A stretch of 64,000 nucleotides of DNA from Candidatus Limnocylindria bacterium (GCA_035708565.1 DASSSF010000031.1:10277-74276), one strand, 5' to 3'. Positions 37,209 through 48,654 are shown, numbered from the stretch's first letter. Translations and numbers: made by a program. Notes: generated from the sequence alone by a model not told the origin.

Positions 37209-38354
37209 GTGACGCCCTCACCCTCCGCGCGGTGGCGTCCCGTCGCCGTCTTCCTCGCCGCCGCCGCGGCCGCCTTCGCTCTCGGCGCCGCGCTCGGGGT
37301 CTACCACCTGCACGCGAACGATCTCTGGAGCATCTGGTCGGGACCGCGAGCGCTCGCCCTCGGCCACGACGTCTACGATCCCGCGGCCTGGGACGCTGCC
37401 CTACGCGCGGCCGGCGCCAAGAGGGAGAGCCCCGTGTACGTGTACCCGCCGTGGACGCTCGCGGTCCTCGCGCCGTTCGGGCTCCTCACGTTCGACGCCA
37501 TGCGCGTCGTGTGGACGGTCGGCGGCGCGCTCGCCGCCGTGGCCGCCGTCGGAGCGCTCGTGCACCGCCTCCGCGCGCCGGCGGCCGCGGCGGCGGCCGC
37601 CGGGATCGCGCTCGCGCTCTCCGCGCCCGCGATCACCGCGTACTTCAACGGCCAGTGGGGCTTCGCGCTCACCGCGGCGCTCGCGGTCGCGGTCCTCGGC
37701 GCGCGCTCGAACGCTCCGGCCGGCGCGGCGGGCACGCTCGTGCTGTTCCTGAAGCCACAGCTCGTGGCGCTCGCCGCGCCGGGTCTCCTCGTGCACGCCT
37801 GGCGTGCCGGATCGCGGCGGTTCGTCGTCGCGTCGGTCGCGACGGTCGCGATCGTCGTGCTCGCGGGCGCGGTCCTGTCCGGCCCGGGGTCCGTCGAATG
37901 GCTGCGCCAGGTCCCACCGTTCATCGCCCGGAACGAGCTCAGCGACGCGACGATCGCGGGCCTCCTCCGCGCGGACACGGCGGCGGAGACGACCGCGATC
38001 GGCGCGATCGCGCTCCTCCTCGGCGCGGTCGCGCTGTACCTGCTGGCTCGCCGCGCCGAGTGGCTGCCGACCTGCCTCGCGGCCTCCGTGGCGCTCGCCC
38101 CGCACGCGCGCTCGTACGACCAGCTCGTGCTCGTCGTGCCGCTCCTCCTCGCCGGGGCGTCGCGGACGGCCCGCGCGCGGTCGTTCGCCCTGGCGGGATG
38201 GGCGGCGCTCGTCGCCGGATCGCTCCTCCTCTACGCCGTCGCGCTCGCGCGCGGCGACGAGTCGTGGAGCGTCGTGACCCCGCTCGCCTGCACGGCGGCG
38301 GTCGCCGCCGCGGCCCTCGCCGACGGCCGTCGCGGGCCGCCCCGCACCGCTTGA
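37209..38354 (+). CDS. Integral membrane protein, DUF2029/GT87-like glycosyltransferase family (hypothetical)
   Basis: About 10 TM helices; VYVYPPWTLAVLAPF motif typical of DUF2029. Confidence 0.5.
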   Translation: MTPSPSARWRPVAVFLAAAAAAFALGAALGVYHLHANDLWSIWSGPRALALGHDVYDPAAWDAALRAAGAKRESPVYVYPPWTLAVLAPFGLLTFDAMRVVWTVGGALAAVAAVGALVHRLRAPAAAAAAAGIALALSAPAITAYFNGQWGFALTAALAVAVLGARSNAPAGAAGTLVLFLKPQLVALAAPGLLVHAWRAGSRRFVVASVATVAIVVLAGAVLSGPGSVEWLRQVPPFIARNELSDATIAGLLRADTAAETTAIGAIALLLGAVALYLLARRAEWLPTCLAASVALAPHARSYDQLVLVVPLLLAGASRTARARSFALAGWAALVAGSLLLYAVALARGDESWSVVTPLACTAAVAAAALADGRRGPPRTA

Positions 38355-38377
38355 CCGACGGAGCCGTTGCACACAAG

Positions 38378-39118
38378 GTGACCCTCGTGGCAGCCGACGA
38401 CCGCGAACGCGGGCAGATCGTGCTCGAGCGAGGCACGATCGAGGGCGTCGACTTCCACAAGGCGGCCTTCGAGCAGATCACGCCGACCGCTTGCTTGTTC
38501 GTCGACTGCGACTTCAGCGGGCTCGTCTTCGACGCGCGCTACGCGGCCCTCTTCGGCAGCCGGATGCAGAGCGTCTTCCGCTCCTGCCGTTTCGACGGCG
38601 CGGACCTACGGAAGAGCGGTCCGGGCCAGTCGCGCTTCGAGGGCTGCTCGTTCGACGAGGCGATGCTCGACGGCTGGACGTCGCTCGCCGGCGAGTTCAT
38701 CGACTGCACGTTCTCCGGGACGATCCGGAAGGCGAAGTTCCATGGGCGGCCGCACGGCGCGCTCGCCAGCGCGCTCGCGCCCGCCCGGACGCAGAACGAG
38801 TTCCGGGGGAACGACCTCTCGAGGGTCCGTCTCGTCGACACGTCGTTCGTGCACGGCATCGCGTTCGACGGGCAGCGCTGGCCGGAGGGAGGCGAGGAGC
38901 GCCTCGACCACATCCAGCAGCGTCTCGAGCGGGCGCGGCTCGAGGTGATGCGGCAGAGCGCCGAGGCGCGTGCCCCCGCCGTCGCCCTGCTCATGCACCT
39001 CGGATCGGTCTACGGTGAGCAGCGCGAGCTCCTGCGGGCGCAGTACGACGGTTCGACGTCGACCGTGCCGCCCGAGCTTCGCTCGTCCGTGTGGGCGCTC
39101 CTCACGCGGACGCCCTAG
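38378..39118 (+). CDS. Pentapeptide-repeat-like protein (hypothetical)
   Basis: Repeated xDFSG / CxFxGADL / CSFDEAML units; GTG start. Confidence 0.5.
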   Translation: MTLVAADDRERGQIVLERGTIEGVDFHKAAFEQITPTACLFVDCDFSGLVFDARYAALFGSRMQSVFRSCRFDGADLRKSGPGQSRFEGCSFDEAMLDGWTSLAGEFIDCTFSGTIRKAKFHGRPHGALASALAPARTQNEFRGNDLSRVRLVDTSFVHGIAFDGQRWPEGGEERLDHIQQRLERARLEVMRQSAEARAPAVALLMHLGSVYGEQRELLRAQYDGSTSTVPPELRSSVWALLTRTP

Positions 39119-39175
39119 CGGGCCGTATCGCGCGGGCGCAAATGGCGTTGGAGCAACGCGAGAAGGGAGCCGGGA

Positions 39176-39736
39176 ATGCTGCGAGGGATCGGCGGACGAC
39201 GTGACCAGGAGCCGGAGCGACAGCCGCAGACGGCACCGGCCGAGCAACGACAGGAGGCAGTGACCATGCCCGAGACACCGAGACGCGACGACCGTGTGCC
39301 GGCGGCATCCGCGCCGGAGCAGCAGCTGAACGCCCTCCTCGGACGCGGGTCCGAGTTCGACGGGAAGCTGAAGTTCGAGGGCACCGTCCGCATCGACGGC
39401 ACCTTCAGCGGCGAGATCACCACGGGCGACACGCTCATCGTGGGCGAGGGCGCGAAGGTCGCGGCCGAGATCGCCTGCGGAGCGATCACCGTGCGCGGCG
39501 AGGTGACCGGGAACATCCGGGCGAGCCGCTCGGTCGAGCTCTTCGCGCCGGCGCGCGTGCGCGGCGACATCGCCACGCCGTCACTGTCGATCGAGAAGGG
39601 CGTCGTCTTCCACGGCCAGTCGAAGATGGAAGAGGCCGGGGCGAAGCCGGCCGCGACGGCGAAGGACAAGGCCGCCGCCAACAACGTCTTCCGCCTCGGC
39701 GAGCGCGAACGCACGGAGACCGCGGCCGAGGCCTAG
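39176..39736 (+). CDS. Bactofilin family cytoskeletal protein
   Basis: DUF583 beta-helix repeats (G..KF.GT.RIDG.F.G.I, TIVGEGAKV, ITVRGEVTG) with disordered termini. Confidence 0.7.
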   Translation: MLRGIGGRRDQEPERQPQTAPAEQRQEAVTMPETPRRDDRVPAASAPEQQLNALLGRGSEFDGKLKFEGTVRIDGTFSGEITTGDTLIVGEGAKVAAEIACGAITVRGEVTGNIRASRSVELFAPARVRGDIATPSLSIEKGVVFHGQSKMEEAGAKPAATAKDKAAANNVFRLGERERTETAAEA

Positions 39737-39767
39737 ACCGGCGTCCCGGCGGCGGTAGGCTGCCCGC

Positions 39768-40562
39768 GTGCCCGACATCGAGGGCGAGTGGCGGTCGCGC
39801 CTGCTCGGCACGAACCCGGCGCTGCGGGCCGGCCGGAACCTGTTCCGCCGGCTCCCGGCGCCGCCGCGCTGCGATCTGTGCGCGGCGCCGTTCGCGGGCC
39901 CGATCGGACGCGCGCTGCGGCCGTTCGGGAAGGCGCCGTGGCCGAAGAACCCGCGCTACTGCGTCGGCTGCTGCGCGGTCCTCCTCAAGCACAGGGGCGG
40001 CGCCGAGGTGCCGCTGTCGATGCTCTTCGCGGACGTGCGCGGCTCGACACCGCTCGGCGAGCGCATCGGCCCGCGCGCCGTGCACGACGTCATGGACCGC
40101 TTCTACAACGCGGGGATCGACGAGCTCTTCCGGTACGGCGCGATCGTCGACCGGTTCATGGGCGACCAGGTCGTCGGGTACTTCACGCCGGGCTTCGCCG
40201 GACACCGGCACGCGCGCCAGGCGATCCTCGCCGGGCTCGGGATCCTGCGCGCCACGGGACACGACCGGCACGAGCCGTGGATCCCGGTGGGCGTCGGCGT
40301 GAACACCGGTGTGGCGTTCGTCGGCGCCGTCGGCAAGGACGAGGACATCGCCGAGCTCACGGCGCTGGGGGAGGACGTCAACGTCGCGGCCCGGCTCGCC
40401 TCCGTCGCCGCGGCCGGCGAGCTCGTCGTGTCCGAGGCCGCCTTCGACGCCTCGGCCCTCGAGGCCGTCTCCGAGCGGCGCACCGTCGAGCTGAGGGGCG
40501 TGAGCGCGCCGGTCGCGGTCCGTGTCCTCCGTGTGAACGCCCTCGCCGCCGCGCCCGCGTAG
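39768..40562 (+). CDS. Class III adenylate/guanylate cyclase with N-terminal zinc-ribbon
   Basis: CDLC...CVGCC Cys pairs; cyclase core FADVRGST...VGVNTGVAFVG. Confidence 0.7.
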   Translation: MPDIEGEWRSRLLGTNPALRAGRNLFRRLPAPPRCDLCAAPFAGPIGRALRPFGKAPWPKNPRYCVGCCAVLLKHRGGAEVPLSMLFADVRGSTPLGERIGPRAVHDVMDRFYNAGIDELFRYGAIVDRFMGDQVVGYFTPGFAGHRHARQAILAGLGILRATGHDRHEPWIPVGVGVNTGVAFVGAVGKDEDIAELTALGEDVNVAARLASVAAAGELVVSEAAFDASALEAVSERRTVELRGVSAPVAVRVLRVNALAAAPA

Positions 40563-40673
40563 ACTTCGCGCACATGCGGACCGAGGGACGCGCGCGCCGA
40601 TACCCGCGCTAGCCGGTGCCGCCCGGCACCGGCGTGACCGCGCGCCTCTAGAACTCGCCCTCGGAGGAACGCC

Positions 40674-42386
40674 ATGAGGCAATCGACCCTGTTCGGCCGC
40701 ACCCTGCGCGAAGCGCCCACCGACGCTCAGACGCCGGGGCACCAGCTGATGCTGCGCGCCGCCCTCGCGCGGCAGACCGCCGCCGGCCTGTACACGCTCC
40801 TCCCGCTCGGCAAGCGCGCCGCGATGAAGATCGAGCGGATCGTCCGCGAGGAGATGGACCGCATCGGCTGCCAGGAGATGGAGATGCCGGTGATCACGCC
40901 GTCCGAGCTCTGGAAGGAGACGGGCCGGTGGGACCTCATGGACGCGATCCTGTTCAAGTTCCGCGACCACAACGAGCACGAGTACCTCGTGTCCTACACG
41001 CACGAGGAGGTCGTGACGCACCACGGCCGGAGCGAGATCCTGTCGTACCGGCAGCTGCCGATCAGCGTCTACCACTTCCAGCCGAAAGGGCGCGACGAGG
41101 CGCGCCCGCGCGCGGGGCTCCTCCGTGCGCGCGAGTTCGTGATGAAGGACGCCTACACGTTCGACGCCGACTGGGAGGGGCTCGACCGCTCCTACGAGGC
41201 GCAGCACGGCGCGTACGCGCGCGCCTTCGCGCGGATGGGCCTCGACGCGGTGAGCGTGGAGTCCGACGCGGGGCTCATGGGCGGCGACATCGCGCACGAG
41301 TTCCAGGTCTTCACCGACGTGGGGGAGGACCGCATCCTCGTCTGCGGGAAGTGCGACCACATGGCGAACATGGAGATGGCGACGCGGCGGGTCACTCCCG
41401 CGAAGCCGCAGGACGGCGCGGCGCCGAGGAGCGAGATCGCGACGCCCGGCGTGACCACGATCGAGGCGCTCGAGAAGAGCCTCGGCCGCCCCGCGTCCGC
41501 GTTCCTCAAGACGGTGCTCGTGAAGGGGAAGGACGAGGTCGTCGCGGTCGTGCTGCCGGGTGACCGCGAGGCGAACGAGCCGAAGCTCCGCAAGCTCCTC
41601 GGCGTCGGCGACGTCAGGTTCGCGGACGACGCGGACCTCAAGAAGGCCGGAGGCGTGGCGGGCTTCGTCGGTCCCGTGGGCCTCCGGGCGCGCGTGGTCA
41701 TGGACACGTCCGTGGAGCCGCGCGCGTACGTGTCGGGCGCGAACAAGAAGGACACGCACTTCGACAACGTCGTCCCCGGCCGCGACTTCAGCGGCGAGGT
41801 GGCCGACGTGCACGACGTGAAGGAAGGCGACGCGTGCCCGAAGTGCGGGTCGCAGGTCTCGCTCAGGCGGGGTGTCGAGGTCGGCAACATCTTCAAGCTC
41901 GGCACCTACTACTCGAGCAAGATGGGCGCGACCTACCTCGCGGCCGACGGCACGCGGAAGCCGTTCATCATGGGCTCGTACGGCATCGGCATCGGCCGCT
42001 GCCTCCAGACCATCGTCGAGACGAGGCGCGACGAGAAGGGCATCGTGTGGCCGATGAGCGTCGCCCCGTTCGAGACCCACGTCGTCGCGCTGCCCATGAC
42101 CGATCCCGCCGTGAAGGCAGCCGCCGAGGAGCTGGTCGCCGCGCTCGAGGGCGAGGCGGTCGAGGTGCTGTTCGACGACCGCGAGGAGTCGGCGGGCGTG
42201 AAGTTCGCCGACGCGGACCTCATCGGGAGCCCGCTGCGCGTCACGGTGAGCAAGCGGAACCTCGCGGAGGACAAGGTGGAGCTCCGCTGGCGGAAGGACG
42301 GCGCGACCGACTTCGTCCCGCGCGCGTCGGCGGCGCCGGCGATCGCGGCGCTCGTGCGCAGGGCGCGTGGCGAAACAGTCGCCTAA
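40674..42386 (+). CDS. proS: Proline--tRNA ligase (bacterial type with editing domain)
   Basis: 570 aa; class II aaRS motifs, INS editing domain, C-terminal anticodon-binding domain. Confidence 0.9.
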   Translation: MRQSTLFGRTLREAPTDAQTPGHQLMLRAALARQTAAGLYTLLPLGKRAAMKIERIVREEMDRIGCQEMEMPVITPSELWKETGRWDLMDAILFKFRDHNEHEYLVSYTHEEVVTHHGRSEILSYRQLPISVYHFQPKGRDEARPRAGLLRAREFVMKDAYTFDADWEGLDRSYEAQHGAYARAFARMGLDAVSVESDAGLMGGDIAHEFQVFTDVGEDRILVCGKCDHMANMEMATRRVTPAKPQDGAAPRSEIATPGVTTIEALEKSLGRPASAFLKTVLVKGKDEVVAVVLPGDREANEPKLRKLLGVGDVRFADDADLKKAGGVAGFVGPVGLRARVVMDTSVEPRAYVSGANKKDTHFDNVVPGRDFSGEVADVHDVKEGDACPKCGSQVSLRRGVEVGNIFKLGTYYSSKMGATYLAADGTRKPFIMGSYGIGIGRCLQTIVETRRDEKGIVWPMSVAPFETHVVALPMTDPAVKAAAEELVAALEGEAVEVLFDDREESAGVKFADADLIGSPLRVTVSKRNLAEDKVELRWRKDGATDFVPRASAAPAIAALVRRARGETVA

Positions 42387-43410
42387 GGAGCGTCCGGTCG
42401 CGCCGCAGGCGCGCGAGGAGGAGCGGTCGCTCGAGGCGTCGCTCCGCCCGCGGCGCCTCGACGACGACGACTACATCGACCAGGAGAAGGTCAAGGCGCA
42501 GCTCCGGGTCCTCATCGCCGCGGCGAAGGGCCGAGGCGACCCGCTCGAGCACGTCGCCCTCTACGGCCCTCCCGGGGTGGGGAAGACGTCGCTCGCCGGC
42601 GTCATCGCGAACGAGATGGGCGCGCCGATGCGGACCACGAGCGGCCCGGCGCTCGAGCGCGCGGGGGACCTCGCCGCGATCCTCACGGACCTCGAGCCCG
42701 GGAGCGTCCTGTTCGTCGACGAGATCCACCGGCTGCCGCGGGTCGTCGAGGAGGTCCTGTACCCGGCGATGGAGGACCACCGGCTCGACATCGTCATCGG
42801 CAAGGGCCCGGGCGCCCGCACGCTGCGGCTGCCGCTCCCGCGCTTCACGCTCATCGGCGCGACGACGCGCCAGGGGCTCATCTCGTCGCCGCTCCGCGAC
42901 CGCTTCGGCGCGACGTACCGGCTCGACCTCTACCCGCCGGAGGCCCTCGAGCTCGTCGTGCGCCGCTCGGCGCGGATCCTCTCCGTCGCGATCGACGAGG
43001 CCGCGGCGCGGGAGATCGCGAAGCGGGCGCGGGGCACGCCGCGCATCGCGAACCGGCTCCTGAAGCGCGTCCGCGACCACGCGCAGGTGAAGCACGACGG
43101 CACGGTGACGCTCGCGGTCGCGCGCGAGGCGCTCGCGCTGCTCGAGGTGGACGAGTCGGGGCTCGACGGCGTCGATCGCATGCTGCTGCGCGCGATCTGC
43201 GAGAAGTTCGGGGGCGGCCCGGTGGGCCTCGACACGCTCGCCGCCGCGGCGAGCGAGGACCCCGAGACGATCGAGGACGTGATGGAGCCGTTCCTCCTCC
43301 AGGAGGGCTACCTCAAGCGCACGCCGCGCGGCCGCGTCGCGACCGAGCGCGCGTACCGCCACCTCGGGCTCGAGCCGCCGCGCGGAGGCGGGACGCTCTT
43401 CCCGGAGTGA
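42367..43410 (+). CDS. ruvB: Holliday junction branch migration ATPase RuvB
   Basis: Walker [10 protein letters not shown], Walker B LFVDEIHR, sensor and winged-helix domains; GTG start overlaps the proS 3' end by 20 nt; no adjacent ruvA/ruvC. Confidence 0.85.
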   Translation: MAKQSPKERPVAPQAREEERSLEASLRPRRLDDDDYIDQEKVKAQLRVLIAAAKGRGDPLEHVALYGPPGVGKTSLAGVIANEMGAPMRTTSGPALERAGDLAAILTDLEPGSVLFVDEIHRLPRVVEEVLYPAMEDHRLDIVIGKGPGARTLRLPLPRFTLIGATTRQGLISSPLRDRFGATYRLDLYPPEALELVVRRSARILSVAIDEAAAREIAKRARGTPRIANRLLKRVRDHAQVKHDGTVTLAVAREALALLEVDESGLDGVDRMLLRAICEKFGGGPVGLDTLAAAASEDPETIEDVMEPFLLQEGYLKRTPRGRVATERAYRHLGLEPPRGGGTLFPE

Positions 43411-43441
43411 GCGCGGCACGCGCCGTGCGCGTGCCGTCGGC

Positions 43442-43654
43442 GTGGAAGCGCTGCCGGTGGTGCTCGTCGTCGCGGGCGTGGTGCTCGTCCTCGCCGGCGC
43501 GCTCATGCGGCTCCCCGGGTGGCGGCCGCTGCCGGGCGACGTGCGCGGGCGCCGCGGCAACGTCGTGTTCGTGGCGCCGCTCGGGACCGGGGTCCTCATT
43601 AGCCTCCTGCTGACGGTGGCGCTCAACGCGGCGCTCTGCGGGATCGCGCGATGA
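43442..43654 (+). CDS. DUF2905 family small membrane protein
   Basis: 70 aa; LPGDVRGRRGNVVFVAPLGTGVLISLLLT. Confidence 0.5.
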   Translation: MEALPVVLVVAGVVLVLAGALMRLPGWRPLPGDVRGRRGNVVFVAPLGTGVLISLLLTVALNAALCGIAR

Positions 43655-43851
43655 GCGGGATGCTCATCGTCGCCGGGCTCGTGCTCATCGCGCTCGGCCT
43701 CGCGTTCGCGTTCGTCCCCGGAATGGGCCGGCTGCCCGGCGACGTTACCCTTAGTGGCGACGGCTGGACGGTGTACGCGCCGATCGGCACGTCGATCGTG
43801 CTGAGCGTGCTCCTCACGCTCGCGCTGGCGCTCTTCAGGAGGACCCGATGA
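43651..43851 (+). CDS. DUF2905 family small membrane protein (tandem paralog)
   Basis: 66 aa; GRLPGDVTLSGDGWTVYAPIGTSIVLSVLLT; ATGA overlap. Confidence 0.55.
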   Translation: MSGMLIVAGLVLIALGLAFAFVPGMGRLPGDVTLSGDGWTVYAPIGTSIVLSVLLTLALALFRRTR

Positions 43852-44168
43852 CCGACGAGACGAAGCCCGACAAGGCAGACGCGATGCCGATCGTCGCCGA
43901 CGCGGAGAAGCAGGAGAAGGTGCTCAACGCGCTCCAGGCGGTCCTCGACCCCGAGATCGGGCTCTCCGTGATCGACCTCGACCTCATCCGAGAGGTGAAC
44001 TTCACCGAGGAGGAGGGCGAGGTGAGGATGGTCCTCACGACGCCGTTCTGCCCCTACGGGCCGATGCTCATTGGCCAGATCCAGTCGGTGGCCGAGACCG
44101 CCGCCGAGATGCCGATGAAGGTGACGGTGCTCCCGGACAAGTGGGAAGCGCCGCCCTGGCTGCGCTGA
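43848..44168 (+). CDS. DUF59 / MIP18-family Fe-S cluster assembly protein (SufT-like)
   Basis: VLDPEIGLSVIDLDLIREV...TPFCPYGPML; ATGA overlap. Confidence 0.65.
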   Translation: MTDETKPDKADAMPIVADAEKQEKVLNALQAVLDPEIGLSVIDLDLIREVNFTEEEGEVRMVLTTPFCPYGPMLIGQIQSVAETAAEMPMKVTVLPDKWEAPPWLR

Positions 44169-44169
44169 T

Positions 44170-44994
44170 CTAGAGGACGAGCCGCGCGGTCCGGAGCTGC
44201 GGCGAGTCGTCTTCGGTCTCGCCCGCGGAGAGCGGGAGCCCGAGGTACGCGCCGCGCACGATCGCCCACTCGCGTATCCGCGCTGGGTCGAGGCCGATCG
44301 CGGCGAACGCGGCGGTCCATCGCTCGATCCGCGCCCGCGTGGGGACCGAGCCGATCGGGTTCCAGAAGAACGTCGGCACGTCGAACTCGGGCTCGCCCGC
44401 CATGGCCTTCGCGTCGATGACCACCCACCGGTCGCCGTGGCGGAGGACGTTGTGGTGGTGCAGGTCGCCGTGCACGAGCGTGCCGTCGCGCACGTCCATC
44501 TTCTCGAAGGTCTCGCGCGCGATCCGCAGGAGCTCGTGCTCACCCGCGTTCTCGATCCACCGCGGCACGTGGCCGCGGAGCGAGCGGAACGGATGCCCGT
44601 GCGGGAGCGGACGCCAGATCCGGCGCGCGACCGAGAGAGCCGCGGCGAGCGCCTCCTCCTCGCCCACGGCGGCGGCCTCGGTGCCGGGCACGGCGCGCTC
44701 GACGAGCATCGCCCGGCGGGCGCGGTCGTGCCGCAGGAGGCGCACGGCGCCGTCGCCCGCCCAGAGCGCGAGCGCGTCGGCCTCGTGGTCCGCCTCGTCG
44801 TCCTCGACCGGCGTGACCTTGAGGATCGCGTCAGGGCCCGCGTAGGCGACGAACGAGTAGCGCCCGGTCTCGATCGTGGCGCCCAGCGCGACGCCCCACT
44901 CGCCGGCGACCTCGCGGGCGGTCGCCTCGAGCCGCCCCCTGACCCGCCCGGTGAGCCCCCACGGCGGCCGGTCGAGCCAGGCGCTTTCAGGCAC
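44170..44994 (-). CDS. Aminoglycoside/small-molecule phosphotransferase (APH-type kinase) family protein
   Basis: HGDLHHHNVL catalytic loop, VIDAKAMAGEPEFD. Confidence 0.65.
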   Translation of the reverse strand: MPESAWLDRPPWGLTGRVRGRLEATAREVAGEWGVALGATIETGRYSFVAYAGPDAILKVTPVEDDEADHEADALALWAGDGAVRLLRHDRARRAMLVERAVPGTEAAAVGEEEALAAALSVARRIWRPLPHGHPFRSLRGHVPRWIENAGEHELLRIARETFEKMDVRDGTLVHGDLHHHNVLRHGDRWVVIDAKAMAGEPEFDVPTFFWNPIGSVPTRARIERWTAAFAAIGLDPARIREWAIVRGAYLGLPLSAGETEDDSPQLRTARLVL

Positions 44995-45059
44995 TTGCGC
45001 TCGCTAGAACGTCTGTTCTATCATTCGCCGGCATGGACGGGCCGGCGGATACCCAGCGG

Positions 45060-45611
45060 TCAGCGCGCGGAAGCGGGTCGCTTCCGCGGCTCGACCGAGC
45101 GCGCGAGGACGAAGACGACGTCCGAGAGCCGGTTCATCCAGGGCACGAGATGCGTGCCGTCGACCGTGCCCGCGTCCGCGAGCGACACGACGCGCCGCTC
45201 GGCGCGGCGGACCACCGTGCGCGCGAGATCGAGCGCGGCGCCGAGCGGGTCCTCGCCGGGGATGACGAACCGTCCCTCGATGTCGGCCGTCGCGCGGAGC
45301 GCGGCGGCGCGCTCGTCGATCGCCGCGACGGCGACCTCGTCGATCCGCTCGTGGAGACGGGGGAGGTCGTCGCGCGGGGTCGCGACCTCGGCCATCGCCA
45401 CGTAGAGGCCCCGCTGGAGCTCGAGGATCGTCTCGGCCACGGCGCCGCTCGCCTGCGCGCGTGCCACGCCGAGCGCGGCCTGCGCCTCGTCGAGGTCGCC
45501 GAGCGCGTCGATGCGCGGATCGGATTTCCGCACGCGCTCTTTGCCGAACAGCGACGTGTCGCCGCGATCGCCCGTGCGCGTCGTGACGCGTGCGCCGCGC
45601 TGTCCGGCCAC
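45060..45611 (-). CDS. PduO-type ATP:cob(I)alamin adenosyltransferase
   Basis: [15 protein letters not shown]... N-terminal motif; GTG chosen so the gene does not overlap the plus-strand small ORF; an alternative upstream GTG lies at 45692. Confidence 0.7.
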   Translation of the reverse strand: MAGQRGARVTTRTGDRGDTSLFGKERVRKSDPRIDALGDLDEAQAALGVARAQASGAVAETILELQRGLYVAMAEVATPRDDLPRLHERIDEVAVAAIDERAAALRATADIEGRFVIPGEDPLGAALDLARTVVRRAERRVVSLADAGTVDGTHLVPWMNRLSDVVFVLARSVEPRKRPASAR

Positions 45612-45662
45612 GCGCGCATCATAGTGAGCGATATCCTCGCGGCCTGAGAGGGAGGTGGCGCG

Positions 45663-45818
45663 ATGCCAATGGGTGGCGGCGATCCCCGACACAAGAACGA
45701 GAAGAAGAAGTCCAAGAAGGAGCTCGAGAAGGAGCTCAAGAAGAAGCAGTTCGTGCAGCCGGTCCAGCCGATGAACATCGAGATCGTGCCGCCCAAGCGC
45801 AAGCAGAAGGACTGGTGA
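45663..45818 (+). CDS. Candidate small lysine-rich protein (51 aa, [51 protein letters not shown]) upstream of recA
   Basis: Strong SD GAGGGAGGTGG 5 nt before the ATG; 16 Lys in 51 aa; an unusually AT-richer stretch; not in the ORF track (under 60 aa). Confidence 0.35.
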   Translation: MPMGGGDPRHKNEKKKSKKELEKELKKKQFVQPVQPMNIEIVPPKRKQKDW

Positions 45819-45856
45819 GCGCGGCGCGCACGCAAGGGCGTGCCGATGGAGGTCGC

Positions 45857-46867
<1,011 letters not shown>

Positions 46868-46884
46868 CGCCACGCCGACCGGCG

Positions 46885-47376
46885 ATGGCAGGGCGTAGCC
46901 GCTCCGCGGAGCCCAGCGGTACCGCGTACGAGACGGCGGTCCGCTACCTCGGAGCGCGTCCGCGCAGCGTGGCCGAGATCCGCCGCCACCTGCGCTCGAA
47001 GCGGTTCGGCGACGAGGACATCGACCGCGCGATCGACGAGCTCCGCGCGCAGCGGTACGTGGGCGACGAGGACTTCGCGCGCTACTGGGTCGAGCAGCGC
47101 GCCGAGCATCGGCCCAAGGGCGACCGCGCGCTCGTGAGCGAGCTCCTGCAGAAGGGCGTCGCGCGGGACGTCATCGACGTGGTGCTCGGCGCGCGCGATC
47201 CCGAGGCCGAGGTGAAGCAGGCGCGGAAGGCGATCGAGCGTCCGCTCATGCGCTGGCTGACGCTCGACGAGCCCGAGCGGAAGCGGAAGCTCCACGCGTA
47301 CCTGGTGTCGCGCGGGTTCTCGTACGACACGATCGAAGAGGTGCTCGCGCGGCCGACGGCCGAGGACGGGGCCTAG
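46885..47376 (+). CDS. recX: RecA regulator RecX
   Basis: 163 aa; three helical repeats; immediately downstream of recA. Confidence 0.8.
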   Translation: MAGRSRSAEPSGTAYETAVRYLGARPRSVAEIRRHLRSKRFGDEDIDRAIDELRAQRYVGDEDFARYWVEQRAEHRPKGDRALVSELLQKGVARDVIDVVLGARDPEAEVKQARKAIERPLMRWLTLDEPERKRKLHAYLVSRGFSYDTIEEVLARPTAEDGA

Positions 47377-48572
47377 TCGGCCGCCGGCGCGCCGACGTGC
47401 GCAGGGCTCCCCGCCGCCTTCGCGATCCGCGCGAAGCCGACGCCGAACACGAGGCCCCCCGCGACGTACATGAGCGCGCCGAGCACGAGCGGCAGCGTGA
47501 ATGCGCCCGCGCCGAGGAGCGCGCCGCCGACCGCCGGGCCGAAGGCGTTCGTCGTGCCCCACACCGCGAACCCCGCCCCGACCGCCGTCGCGCGCTCCTC
47601 GGGCACCGTCGCGCCCATGAGGAGCGACTGGTGGAACGGCCATGAGAGGTTCGTCACGAAGGAGCGCACGAGGAACAGCGCCGACGCGGTCTCGAAGCTC
47701 GGGGCGGCGACGATGAGCGCGAGGCAGATCCCCGCGGTCGTGAGGGCGGCGAGCACCGTGCGCGCCTGCCCGAGCGTCCGCTCGAGGAACGGCACGATCG
47801 CGACCGTGCCGAACGAGAGCAGCTGAGCGGCCGCGAACCACGGCGCGAGGTCGGCCTCGCGGGCGCCGAACCGGAGGTTCAGCCAGAGCGGCATCAGCTG
47901 CACGGCGACGCCGAGGCCGAACCCGAGGAACCCGATCGCGAGCGCGTACGTCGCGATCGCGCGCCGCGAGCGCTTCGGCCACCAGCCGGCCGCGACGCGC
48001 GCCGCCCGCACGGCCGCGTCGTCCTCGACCGGCACGAGGAGCGCCGCGGCGACGACCGTGACGACGACCATCGCCAGGAACAGGGAGCGGTACACCTCGA
48101 CCTCGCTCGCGCCCGCGAGGCCGCGGCGCAGCACGTCGGGCAGCGCCGCCGCGAGCGAGCCCGCCGCCAGCGCGAGGCTCCAGAGGGCCTGGCCGGCCGC
48201 GAAGACGCGCGTGCGGAACGCCTCGCCGGCGCGCTCCGCGAGGAGCGCGTCGAAGCTCGCGATCGTGAGCGCGCCCGCGGCGCCGTTCGCGAGGCCGACC
48301 CCGCCGAGCATCGCCGCGACGACGAGCCACGCCGGATCCGTGGTCAGCGAGAGGATCACGTACGACGGGATCGGCGCGAGCGTCCCCGCGAGGAGGAAGC
48401 GCCGCTTGCCCCAGCGGTCGGCGAAGACCCCCGAGAACGCGACGAGCGCCGCCGAGACCGCCCCGGAGACGGTGTAGAGGAGGCCGATGAACGCGGGCTC
48501 GAGCCCCGACCGCGCCAGGTAGAGCGGCAGCACGACGATGAGGAAGCCCATCGGCACCGTCGCGAGGAACAT
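47373..48572 (-). CDS. MFS transporter; start uncertain (ATG at 48572 or TTG at about 48626)
   Basis: 12 predicted TM helices; GVFADRWGKRRFL motif A. Confidence 0.65.
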   Translation of the reverse strand: MFLATVPMGFLIVVLPLYLARSGLEPAFIGLLYTVSGAVSAALVAFSGVFADRWGKRRFLLAGTLAPIPSYVILSLTTDPAWLVVAAMLGGVGLANGAAGALTIASFDALLAERAGEAFRTRVFAAGQALWSLALAAGSLAAALPDVLRRGLAGASEVEVYRSLFLAMVVVTVVAAALLVPVEDDAAVRAARVAAGWWPKRSRRAIATYALAIGFLGFGLGVAVQLMPLWLNLRFGAREADLAPWFAAAQLLSFGTVAIVPFLERTLGQARTVLAALTTAGICLALIVAAPSFETASALFLVRSFVTNLSWPFHQSLLMGATVPEERATAVGAGFAVWGTTNAFGPAVGGALLGAGAFTLPLVLGALMYVAGGLVFGVGFARIAKAAGSPAHVGAPAAD

Positions 48573-48654
48573 GCTCGCGAGGAGCAAGCGGGTCCCGCGC
48601 GGGACGTACGAGCGGACGAGGTCCAAGACCGCTAGTAGACCGCGATGCTGGCCG

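Noticed and set aside
40600-40640. Hairpin GCCGGTGCC-GCC-CGGCACCGGC between the cyclase and proS
   Set aside because: A stable stem but no U tract, so it could be an RNA-stability element. Not called as a terminator.
39486-42080. 864-aa minus-strand ORF opposite the cyclase and proS
   Set aside because: Antisense frame artefact. proS and the cyclase are unambiguous on the plus strand.
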